In this document: positions 40,304 to 48,533 of the stretch, in pieces
How the letters are laid out: every line of letters starts with the position of its first letter
How positions within the stretch are numbered: the first letter of the stretch is position 1
Assembly: GCA_016202815.1 (NCBI GenBank)
Contig: JACQNZ010000008.1
Span: forward strand, 97,932-161,931
DNA: 64,000 nucleotides
From: Candidatus Aenigmatarchaeota archaeon
GTDB lineage: Archaea; Aenigmatarchaeota; Aenigmatarchaeia; JACPZZ01
Reading direction: 5' to 3'
Position numbers and translations under genes: made by a program
Notes under the pieces: model-generated
What the model was told of the DNA's origin: nothing
The model's database searches: none
The model's input: only the letters and a program-made list of their open reading frames with translations

Positions 40304-40852
40304 ATGGTTTATACATCTAAACTAAGGTTAACATCGTTGCAGAAGGAAATAATGCACTTCTTTTTCGTGAACGCAGGCAAAGCGTTTAACGCGCGGGAGT
40401 TGGCTATGTCGGTTGGGGTCAGCCAGCCGGCAATTGCTAAAGCGATTCCGCTACTGGAAAGCAGGGATTTTATCAGTGTATCGAAGGACAAGAAATCCAG
40501 GAGGCTGTCAATCGAATTGAACAGGGAAAACCCTCTTGTCATTGGTTTGAAAAGGGCCGATAATATAGGGCAACTGTACGAGTCCGGTTTAACAGAATTT
40601 CTAAGGGGAAAATTCCCGGGTTGCGCCGTTATCGTATTTGGCAGCTTCGCCAAGGGCGAGGATACGCATAAATCGGATATCGATATAGCCGTTGTTGGAG
40701 TGAAAGGCAAAACTGTTGATCTTAACGGCTTCGAAAAGACATTCATGAAAGAAATAAGGATAAATTTCTACAAGTCATTTAAGGAGATAAACAGGGAATT
40801 GAAAGGCAATATCCTCGGGGGAATCCTTCTGTCAGGATGGGTCGAATTATGA
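40304..40852 (+). CDS. minimal nucleotidyltransferase (MNT-like) with N-terminal HTH
   Basis: 'VIVFGSFAKGEDTHKSDIDIAVV' GS..D.D nucleotidyltransferase motif. Confidence 0.6.
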   Translation: MVYTSKLRLTSLQKEIMHFFFVNAGKAFNARELAMSVGVSQPAIAKAIPLLESRDFISVSKDKKSRRLSIELNRENPLVIGLKRADNIGQLYESGLTEFLRGKFPGCAVIVFGSFAKGEDTHKSDIDIAVVGVKGKTVDLNGFEKTFMKEIRINFYKSFKEINRELKGNILGGILLSGWVEL

Positions 40853-40935
40853 AACCTCTTAAAACGTTTGAATGGTATTTGGTATACTAATCAACAATTA
40901 GTATGTTTATATATTAGTGCTAACTAACAGTTAGT

Positions 40936-42198
40936 ATGATAGTTAAGGAAACCCTTAGGCAGATAGTAACCCAACAGAAACATGAAAATGACCGTGTTGA
41001 AGAGACCGTGAAAAGGAACGTGTTGGACGAAATACTAAAATGGTTCAACGATAACAGGATAATAATTCTAACCGGACTGAGGAGGAGTGGAAAATCTACC
41101 CTCTTAAAACAGATAATGAGAGAAAAGAAGGGCTGGTGTTATGTCAACTTCGAAGATGAAAGGTTCATAGAATTTAGGTCGCAAGATTTTGAGCTATTGA
41201 ACGAGGTTCTTGTCGAAATCTATGGAAACTCGAACATATACTTCTTCGACGAAATACAGAATATTGACAAGTTCGAAACGTTCGTGAGAAGACTACAGGA
41301 TCAGGGAAAGAAGATCGTCATAACAGGCTCCAACGCATCCCTTTTGAGCAAAGAGCTCGGTACAAGACTCACGGGGAGGTACAAATCCTTCGAAGTATAC
41401 CCATTTTCCTTTTCTGAATACCTAATGTTTAGGAATATCTCTCCGTCTAAAGACTGGCCATATCTGACCGGAAAAAAAGTGATATTGTTAAAAGCATTTG
41501 AGAAATATATGATTGAAGGCGGTTTGCCGGAATATCTGAAAAATAAGGACAAGGAATACGTAAGAACCGTTTATGAGAACATTCTTTACCGCGACATTAT
41601 CGCAAGGTATTCGATAAAGATGCAGAAGGTTATTAAGGAACTGTTTAATATATTCGCAACAAACATATCTTCGCAGTTTACCTACAACTCATTGAAGAAA
41701 ACTCTGGGATTATCTAATTCTATAACAGTCAAAGAGTATGCCTCGTACCTAAGCAACTCTTACCTGTTTTTCGAGCTGCAAAGGTTCGATTTTTCCGTGA
41801 GAAGGCAGTTGAATTTTCCAAAAAAGATATATGTTGTGGATCCGGCATTCAGCCTGCTCGGCGGGTTCAATTTCTCCGCTAACAGGGGTCGTCTGTTGGA
41901 AAATTTGGTCTTTATAGAGTTGAAGAGGCGAAAAATGGAATCGTATTATTATTCGGATAAAAACGAGTGTGACTTTGTATTGAAGAGCGGTTCCAAAATT
42001 AACGCAGCGATTCAGGTATGCTACTCTTTGGATAAGGGCAACCGTGAAAGGGAGATTGGCGGGTTGGTTGGTGCAATGGAGAAATTCAAGCTAAGAAAAG
42101 GCGTCATATTGACGATGGAGCAGGAGGAAGAGATTCCGGTGAAAGGCGGAAAAATAAGGGTTGTGCCTGTTTTCAAGTGGCTATTGGGATTCGATTGA
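40936..42198 (+). CDS. AAA+ ATPase of the DUF4143/COG1373 family
   Basis: Walker A 'GLRRSGKSTLL', Walker B 'IYFFDEIQ'. C-terminal DUF4143-like region. Confidence 0.7.
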   Translation: MIVKETLRQIVTQQKHENDRVEETVKRNVLDEILKWFNDNRIIILTGLRRSGKSTLLKQIMREKKGWCYVNFEDERFIEFRSQDFELLNEVLVEIYGNSNIYFFDEIQNIDKFETFVRRLQDQGKKIVITGSNASLLSKELGTRLTGRYKSFEVYPFSFSEYLMFRNISPSKDWPYLTGKKVILLKAFEKYMIEGGLPEYLKNKDKEYVRTVYENILYRDIIARYSIKMQKVIKELFNIFATNISSQFTYNSLKKTLGLSNSITVKEYASYLSNSYLFFELQRFDFSVRRQLNFPKKIYVVDPAFSLLGGFNFSANRGRLLENLVFIELKRRKMESYYYSDKNECDFVLKSGSKINAAIQVCYSLDKGNREREIGGLVGAMEKFKLRKGVILTMEQEEEIPVKGGKIRVVPVFKWLLGFD

Positions 42199-42268
42199 AA
42201 ATCAAAGAGACTATACCCATTGCTCAAAGGGTGAGTTCCAACACCCGGCTGGCCCAATTTTGTTTCAG

Positions 42269-42393
42269 TGGGAGGACCGTGATTTGAACACGGGTTATAG
42301 CCAGTTTGTTTTGAGTGACTGACACATACTATAAGTATGTGTCTAGCTCAACACCCCAAGGCTATGTCTTAGACCAAGCTAGACCATCCTCCC
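42269..42393 (-). tRNA. tRNA-Pro (anticodon GGG) with a 50-nt intron at the canonical 37/38 position
   Basis: Hand-folded. Acceptor GGGAGGA/TCCTCCC, D-arm GTCT/AGAC, anticodon stem TAGCC/GGCTA, loop TTGGGG^T, T-arm CCGTG-TTCAAAT-CACGG, discriminator A, no encoded CCA. Intron carries a perfect hairpin GACACATACT-TATA-AGTATGTGTC. Confidence 0.7.
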
Positions 42394-42507
42394 GGCAAAC
42401 ATATTGGACACTTTTGACTTAAAAAGTGGTTTATACGGTTCTTATCGGAACACCATAGGGCAGTTATTATATAATCGATAATTGTCATTTAATTTTATAA
42501 TTTTTAC

Positions 42508-43341
42508 TTGGTGAATCGTTTGGACATATTTAACACAACTGCGAATCAAGCAAGAAAACTTTTACTAAGCCTTTTAATGACAGACGGTTCAGTATCGTAC
42601 ATCAAGAAAAGGAAACACTATCTGATCAGAATATACGGATATGATAAAAGTATACATGACCTGTTCACATTACTAGTCAAAAAAGGTTTTGGAATAGAAA
42701 AACCCACATGGTATTTCGCTTCTTATGGTAACACGGTAAATGCAACGTGTTATCAACGATGGGCTAAAACTGAAATAGTTAAAACACTTTTTCAATTGTC
42801 GCCTTCTTTCAGGAAGAAGCCCGATAAGAATGAGAGCGCCGAAGACTTTTTAGCATCTTCAAAACCTACGATAAAGTCGATAATGGGCTGTTCCAGACAA
42901 GTCAGGGAATTGTTTTTCAGAATAGCCATGAGTTGTGATGGTTACATAACACTTCTATACGGCAGGAAGCCCCGCCTAGGTATGGCTTGCGCCCATCCAC
43001 AATTAGTAAATGAATGGCTTGAGTTAGCAAGGTCGATAGGCTTGGAATTCAAAATAGAGAAGGATAGAGCCACTTGGAGCGGTATTCACGGCCTTGAAAC
43101 TGTATCCATGGATACTATAGTTAAATTCCACGAAATGGGAGGATTCTTCCCGGAAGACGTTGAAGTGTGTAGAAGCAAGAGATACAAAGGTTATAAAAAG
43201 AATGATATACTTCTAAAGGGTATAGAAATCCATAACAGCTGTATCAGCTCCCATCGTCCAGCCCGGTCAATCGAAAGAACTGATAGGACGTTGGCTTCTC
43301 AGGCCGAAGACACGGGTTCAAATCCCGTTGGGAGCATTTAA
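42508..43341 (+). pseudogene. degenerate LAGLIDADG-like ORF whose 3' end reads through tRNA-Glu
   Basis: Motifs 'LLLSLLMTDGSV' and 'FFRIAMSCDGYITL'. The last ~30 codons are the tRNA-Glu sequence, so the true C-terminus is probably lost. AT-rich. Confidence 0.35.
43247..43336 (+). tRNA. tRNA-Glu (anticodon CTC) with a ~15-nt insertion in the D-loop (possible non-canonical intron)
   Basis: Acceptor GCTCCCA/TGGGAGC, D-stem GTCC/GGAC enclosing a 26-nt loop, anticodon stem TTGGC/GCCGA, loop TTCTCAG, T-arm ACGGG-TTCAAAT-CCCGT, discriminator A. Confidence 0.65.
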
Positions 43342-43389
43342 TTTTTTCTAAAAAGCTCACCAGCGCAACGCATCGACTGGATTTAGCCT

Positions 43390-43531
43390 TGCAGCCGGAC
43401 GGGCCGGTTATGCTCACAAATTCTCCTTTGCGGATTTTTATATTCACGCCTTTCGGCACGGGCACGTCAAGCTTTCCAAGGCAGTACGTCTTGAATACGT
43501 TTTGAAGTTCAAGTATGGTTTTTTGCATTCC
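43390..43531 (-). pseudogene. 5' fragment of an ABC transporter ATPase gene (about the first 47 codons) truncated next to tRNA-Glu
   Basis: 'MQKTILELQNVFKTYCLGKLDVPVPKGVNIKIRKGEFVSITGPSGC' is a canonical ABC ATPase N-terminus. Similarity stops at the Walker A, after which the reading frame runs into the antisense of the tRNA. Confidence 0.45.
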
Positions 43532-43617
43532 CAACACGCGGCCGGTTAATACTATGATATTGTATTTACATAAAATACGGCGACAAACCGTGAAAAGGTT
43601 TAATCGTTGCTTACATA

Positions 43618-44127
43618 TCAAATCGGTTCAAACTTTGTATAGCCGGCTATTTCCCTGTCCAATTCTGCAAGTTCTTCGGATTTAGGAATGAAAGCCCCTG
43701 GATTTTTGGTTGCAATTGCCTTCATCTCCTGTAAAAAATATCTGTTGACAAGTGCGTCAACCAGAGGTTGTACTTCCTCAACTGTGGCTTCTCCGTTCAG
43801 GTAACCGACCGTTTTTTCCAGACGGATTTTTTTGGGACGCCTGAACTTTGTCTTAGCTTTGTAATTAAGGTTGTCACCTTTGCGCCGGATTTCGCTGTAC
43901 GGGTCTGAAATTTTTACATCCGCACTTACCCCGACAGTGACGTGGCATATTATTTCCATTCTACCGTCATGTCTGACAAAGCGTGCGCCCCCGTCAACAT
44001 AACCTATAGCAAGCGGCGCAAAGCCCAATTCAGGCTTTATATGAGGAGCACCAAGTCCATCGAGCCCCTCCCGTAAAGTTTCATATACTTTTTCTTTTTC
44101 CGCTCTTCCAAACCAAGGAAAACCCAT
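43618..44127 (-). CDS. hypothetical protein
   Basis: 169-aa ORF, no recognised motif. Confidence 0.4.
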   Translation of the reverse strand: MGFPWFGRAEKEKVYETLREGLDGLGAPHIKPELGFAPLAIGYVDGGARFVRHDGRMEIICHVTVGVSADVKISDPYSEIRRKGDNLNYKAKTKFRRPKKIRLEKTVGYLNGEATVEEVQPLVDALVNRYFLQEMKAIATKNPGAFIPKSEELAELDREIAGYTKFEPI

Positions 44128-44166
44128 TCCAATCTGGTATGAATTGCTACCGAAAACATAAATATC

Positions 44167-44790
44167 TTGTTTCGCGGCGACTTAATATTGACGTTTGATT
44201 ATCACATTAAAATGGTTGATGCGATCAAAAAACTCTTCGGCTACGAAAGCACGGATCCTTACGTATATCTGGTCTCTACAAAATCCGGAGATAAAATAAA
44301 CGGCCAGATTGCCGTCGACGTAATCGGCTTCACGTTCCTGGAAAAATGGCCGCGCGTTGCGATTTTCATAGGCAAGGACAAATTCACGCACGATTTGATA
44401 ATGGAAAGCGGCGTTTTCGCATTGAATCTGCTGTCAATAAAACAGATGGAACTGGTAAGAACGTTTGGAATGCGGTCAGGAAAGAATGTAAACAAATTTG
44501 AAAATGTCGGGCATTTCACTGCAAAAACCGGCAGCCCGATAATAAAAAATTGCGTCGGCTATGCGGATTTCAAAGTGATGGAAAAACTTGATTTGGGCGA
44601 CCACACCATGTTTTACGGGCTTGCGGTGGATAGCCGGTTGATGGCAGGCGAACTTCCTCTAAGAATTTCATACTTCAAAAAGAACGCGCCCAAGGAATGG
44701 CTGGCGGAGCTTGAAAAAACGACCAGGGAAAGCCGGAAAAAATCGGAAAAGTTTTTTGCGGAATATGCGGAAATAAAGGGGCTGGTGTGA
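44167..44790 (+). CDS. flavin reductase-like / FMN-binding split-barrel protein
   Basis: 'YLVSTKSGDKINGQIAVDVIGFTFLEKWPRVAIFIGKDKFTHDLIMESGVFALNLL' resembles the flavin_reduct domain. Confidence 0.5.
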   Translation: MFRGDLILTFDYHIKMVDAIKKLFGYESTDPYVYLVSTKSGDKINGQIAVDVIGFTFLEKWPRVAIFIGKDKFTHDLIMESGVFALNLLSIKQMELVRTFGMRSGKNVNKFENVGHFTAKTGSPIIKNCVGYADFKVMEKLDLGDHTMFYGLAVDSRLMAGELPLRISYFKKNAPKEWLAELEKTTRESRKKSEKFFAEYAEIKGLV

Positions 44791-44867
44791 GCGCGCCTTG
44801 CGGGAAAACAGCCGGCCTGCATCGTCGGCCGTGAAAAAAGTTTACAGGAAAAATACGCCCTGGAAAT

Positions 44868-45347
44868 TCACTGCCTGAACAGTTCGTCCATGCTCTCCTG
44901 CATCGTCGGCCCCTTTTTGGTCTGCGTTTCGTATGCCTGGGGCGGGAATTGGCGCTTCATTTCCTCAACTTCACCAAAAAGTTTTTTCAATTCACGGGCC
45001 CACAATGAAATATACTCCTTATGCACGGGTTTCATGTCAGCCGTCTTAACGTTTCCGTTTTCAAGTTCTTCTATGTCCCTCATCACCTGGGTAGGGTTTA
45101 CTTCGGTGTAATTCACGCCATACGTTTTCCCGAATTCGTATGATATCAAACTGACCGAAAGCTCAACCAGCAGCCGCATCGGCAGCGGTTTGAACCGTTC
45201 TTCCAATTTTAGCGCGCTTATTTCATCATCGCTCAAAAAAAGCTGGCTTTGCAGATAACTTCGTGTGAAGCTCATGCGCCCCTTATAGCCTTTTGACTCC
45301 CCGATCCTTGCGTTGTATGCGCTAAGGTTGGACCCGTTTTGCATCAT
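44868..45347 (-). CDS. hypothetical protein
   Basis: 159-aa ORF. Confidence 0.4.
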   Translation of the reverse strand: MMQNGSNLSAYNARIGESKGYKGRMSFTRSYLQSQLFLSDDEISALKLEERFKPLPMRLLVELSVSLISYEFGKTYGVNYTEVNPTQVMRDIEELENGNVKTADMKPVHKEYISLWARELKKLFGEVEEMKRQFPPQAYETQTKKGPTMQESMDELFRQ

Positions 45348-45714
45348 GAATCAGCTAGAGCGCCAACCTTTAAATCTTGATCAGGGGTTCATTTGGCCTT
45401 CGAATTGTATGCCGACAGCAATATCAAAACCACGAACGCCACTATGAACGATACTTCGGCGTCCCACACAGCCGACGCCAACACTATCAAAGACGCCGCA
45501 ATCGCTAGCGTTTCGTTTTTGTGCCCTCCTGGAAGCATGAACTGCGTTACTATCCGCGAAATAAAAGCTTCGTCGAATGGGGCTTGATTCGGAACCGCAC
45601 AGCCGGCAAAGATTTATAACCCAGAATCATATAATGAATAGCGAAAATTTCAGGCTTTGGAGCCCGAAAAGACGCGTTTTATAACAAGTCCAAAAATCGG
45701 GGGTGAATATTGGA

Positions 45715-45879
45715 ATGGCGTTGGTCGTTAGGAGCAAGGTAAAAGATGCAGCAAAGGGCATGAGATGCTCTGGTGATTTCTGTGATGCGCTCGACAAGGT
45801 TGTTGAAATGAAGGTGAAGAAGGCAGCTGAACGCGCAAAAGGCAATGGCCGCTCGACATTGAGGCCGGTTGATCTTTGA
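45715..45879 (+). CDS. DUF1931-like small histone-fold-type protein (54 aa)
   Basis: Hand translation MALVVRSKVKDAAKGMRCSGDFCDALDKVVEMKVKKAAERAKGNGRSTLRPVDL. TATA 'ttttataa' about 30 bp upstream (leaderless-type). Below ORF-track cutoff. Confidence 0.5.
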   Translation: MALVVRSKVKDAAKGMRCSGDFCDALDKVVEMKVKKAAERAKGNGRSTLRPVDL

Positions 45880-46005
45880 TTTATCGGATCTTTTTCTTTT
45901 TTTATTTTTTGCCCGGCCAAGGCTTTATAAATTGAAGTGTAAATAGGAAAGTTAGCAGGCTGAACTGATGGCAGTGGCACGCACCAGTTCCCAGTTAGTG
46001 AATTG

Positions 46006-46203
46006 AAACACATGCATCGGAAAATGAAGCATACCGGAAAGCTTGAAGCATATCGTATTAACTAGAAGCATGCCGATACAGTATACGGCATGCTTCAGTT
46101 GGAACGCGATATGCTTCAGTTAACGGCGGTATGCTTCCAGCTGTCAGGCATGCGTTTTAGTTGGCGGTAGACCGAAACATATGCATACACAAAGCATATG
46201 TTT
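46006..46203. promoter_or_regulatory. symmetric phased array of GAAGCAT/ATGCTTC heptamers around palindrome GAAGCATGCCG-N10-CGGCATGCTTC, plus second palindrome GAAACATATGC-N9-GCATATGTTTC placed at the tRNA-Leu TATA position
   Basis: Left-facing GAAGCAT at 46026, 46045, 46065 (degenerate GAAACAC at 46006). Right-facing ATGCTTC at 46090, 46111, 46131 (degenerate ATGCGTT at 46150). Spacings 19-21 bp, mirror-symmetric about 46080/81. Second palindrome 46173..46203 has its spacer 23-31 bp upstream of tRNA-Leu +1. Confidence 0.5.
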
Positions 46204-46214
46204 CAATCAGAAAC

Positions 46215-46348
46215 GCGGGGGTAGCAAAGCTCGGTTAAGGACTAAAAACAGTTGCCGTTTTGCATGCAACTGTTTCAGCCGACTACATGCGCAGGCTTGA
46301 GGGGTCTGTGGCTTAGTGCCTTCGTGAGTTCAAATCTCACCCCCCGCA
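46215..46348 (+). tRNA. tRNA-Leu (anticodon GAG) with a ~48-nt non-canonical intron in the D-arm region
   Basis: Acceptor GCGGGGG/CCCCCGC, anticodon stem CAGGC/GTCTG, loop TTGAGGG, long variable arm (GGC-TTAGT-GCC), T-arm GTGAG-TTCAAAT-CTCAC, discriminator A. 5' segment GCGGGGGTAGCAAAGCTCGGTTAAGG is separated from TGCG-CAGGC by an insert containing hairpin CAGTTGC...GCAACTG. Confidence 0.6.
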
Positions 46349-46379
46349 CTTATGTTCATACTGGTGAGATTATTTCTAT

Positions 46380-47223
46380 GGACTGGGAGTTATTGGCACT
46401 GGTCGCGGCCTTGTCCAGCGGGTCTGCGAGGCTGGTTCACAGGCACGTAATGAAAAAAGAAGGCCACGTTGCATATAGCTGGATTTTAAACTTGTTGGGT
46501 GTGGTATTTTTTCTTCCGTTATTAAGCAGAGGAATTAATATGCCGGCATCGCCGTATGCTTGGCTGCTGGCGCTGTTTGCGGGTCTTTTGTGGGCAATTG
46601 TATCATTGCTGGGATTGAAGTCTTACAGGTATACACAGGTATCGCTCAGGGATCCGTTAGCAAGGACAGACGTATTGTTTTTGCTGTTATTTTCTTCATT
46701 GATTCTTGCCGAATCAATAACAATTGAAAAATTGTCCGGGTTTTTTATTATTTTTTCAGGCCTGGTGGTTTTGACGTGGCATAACGGAAGGCTGTTTGGG
46801 AAACTGTCTGACAAAGGCGTGAAGCTCACCTTATTCACCGCGGTTTTGAACGGCTTCGTTGCCGTTGTAGACAAGATGGCGCTGGCCTATTTCGCGCCGG
46901 CATTCTATGGGTTCCTTATGTTTTTTATACCTTCTGTGTATCTGACCCCGCTGGCATTGAGGAATAGGATTGGGATAAAAAGCCTGGTTTCAAAAAAGGC
47001 CGGCTGGGTGGTTGCGGTGTCTGTGTTAATCGTTATATCTTACTATTCCCAGCTGTCAGCGTATTCGCTCACAGAAGTAAGCAATGTGTTTCCTGTATTG
47101 CAGCTGTCCAGCTTGGTCGCTGTCATCGGAGGCGCTATATTTCACAAGGAAAGGGATTTGGGTCTAAGATTGATTGGCGCGGTTTTGATGATACTGGGAA
47201 CGGTTATTATCGTGGCGTCTTAG
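46380..47223 (+). CDS. EamA/DMT superfamily transporter
   Basis: 10 predicted TM helices in two 5-TM halves. Start at MDWELL after the tRNA. Confidence 0.6.
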
Positions 47224-47270
47224 ATATTACAGGCGATCCAACTAAATACTTGTAATTTGTTATATTATCC

Positions 47271-47906
47271 ATGCAGCCAAAATTCGAAATGCACGCGCTG
47301 AAGATATTCGCTCTGTGCACGGCTGCGTTTGCAGTTCAAAAACTATACGCGCCTTTTACAGGTCTATTTGGCCTGGACTCTTCTTCGGTTTTGCAGCGGC
47401 CATGGACGCTAATAACGTACATGTTCCTTCACGCGAATTTGCAGCACCTGGTATCAAATATGTTCGCACTTTTATTGTTCGGCTTGATACTGGAAAAAGT
47501 AGCAGGCTCTAAAAACTTCCTTAAGGTATATTTCGCGTCAGGCATTGCAAGCGGTTTGGTTGGTGTGATGTTTTATGATTCTATTGTCGGGGCATCAGGC
47601 GCGATCTTCGGCGCAATGGCTTCGCTGGCCTTGCTGCGTCCGAGTTTAACAGTGTGGGTCGGTTATGTCCCGATGCCGATGGTCGTTGCGCTTTTCGTCT
47701 GGGCCGCCGCGGATTTTTTGGGCGTGTTCGTTCCCGATAGCGTAGCCCATATTGGCCACCTTGCAGGCATGCTATTCGGGGTCGCGTATACGTTTGCGTA
47801 TTTGCGCCAGTTCATGGAAAAACCGGAAAGGAGATACAGGATCCGCATAAGCGAGGAAACGATACGCGAATGGGAAAAGCGGTATATGCTGGCGCCGAAA
47901 GGATAA
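47271..47906 (+). CDS. rhomboid family intramembrane serine protease
   Basis: 'HANLQHLVSNM', 'GASGAIFG' (catalytic Ser), 'AHIGHLAG' (catalytic His). Confidence 0.7.
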   Translation: MQPKFEMHALKIFALCTAAFAVQKLYAPFTGLFGLDSSSVLQRPWTLITYMFLHANLQHLVSNMFALLLFGLILEKVAGSKNFLKVYFASGIASGLVGVMFYDSIVGASGAIFGAMASLALLRPSLTVWVGYVPMPMVVALFVWAAADFLGVFVPDSVAHIGHLAGMLFGVAYTFAYLRQFMEKPERRYRIRISEETIREWEKRYMLAPKG

Positions 47907-47930
47907 TTAACCACGCCGCGGAGTAATATT

Positions 47931-48533
47931 ATGGCGCGCGCACTAATAGCCAAGCTGCTGAGGTTCGGCGGCCGCAGGATGGGCGGCAAGGACGTTGACG
48001 TGGATCCGAAAAAGCTTGACGCTGAAGTGAAAAAGATAGACAAAATAGAGATGCGTCTGGAAAACGCCGCGGACAAGATGATCAAAAGCACTGAAGAGCT
48101 GGAAAACATCAAGCACGGCGTGCTCAAACGAAAGGACCATCTGGGGTGGATGGGCGGCCAATTAACTTTGTTGGCCATGCAGGACGTGGTAGGCGCAATA
48201 TTTGGCGCCGTGTTTTTCGTGATAACGCAGGAAATATGGGACCTGTCGGCACGGTTGGGAGCTCTAAACATCGCCGCCATAGCCATATTGTCATTCTTCA
48301 TGGGATTTTCTTTGGTTTACATGTCAAGGCGTAGGAAACTTGTCTCTATCAGGATATTCCACACCTCGTTTTTGCGCGCCATTGAAATTTACCTCATATC
48401 CTTCATAGTGTCGCTGAGCCTGATCACGGTGTTTAGCACCGCGCCGACTTTCGACCTGATGATAAAGCAGGCCGTTGTGATCTCATTCCCGGCTGTCATT
48501 ACCGCAGCCACGGCCGACCTGTTATTTTACTAA
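47931..48533 (+). CDS. hypothetical membrane protein
   Basis: Coiled N-terminus plus 4 TM helices. Confidence 0.4.
   Translation: MARALIAKLLRFGGRRMGGKDVDVDPKKLDAEVKKIDKIEMRLENAADKMIKSTEELENIKHGVLKRKDHLGWMGGQLTLLAMQDVVGAIFGAVFFVITQEIWDLSARLGALNIAAIAILSFFMGFSLVYMSRRRKLVSIRIFHTSFLRAIEIYLISFIVSLSLITVFSTAPTFDLMIKQAVVISFPAVITAATADLLFY

Noticed and set aside
45627-46013. 128-aa minus-strand ORF spanning the DUF1931 gene and repeat region
   Set aside because: It overlaps the better-supported small DUF1931 gene with its own TATA box and has no homology signal. Its hydrophobic, low-complexity translation looks spurious.
46252-46379. 5' extension of the EamA transporter ORF (start at 46252)
   Set aside because: The extension is the tRNA-Leu sequence translated in frame. 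The real start is the ATG at 46380, after the tRNA.
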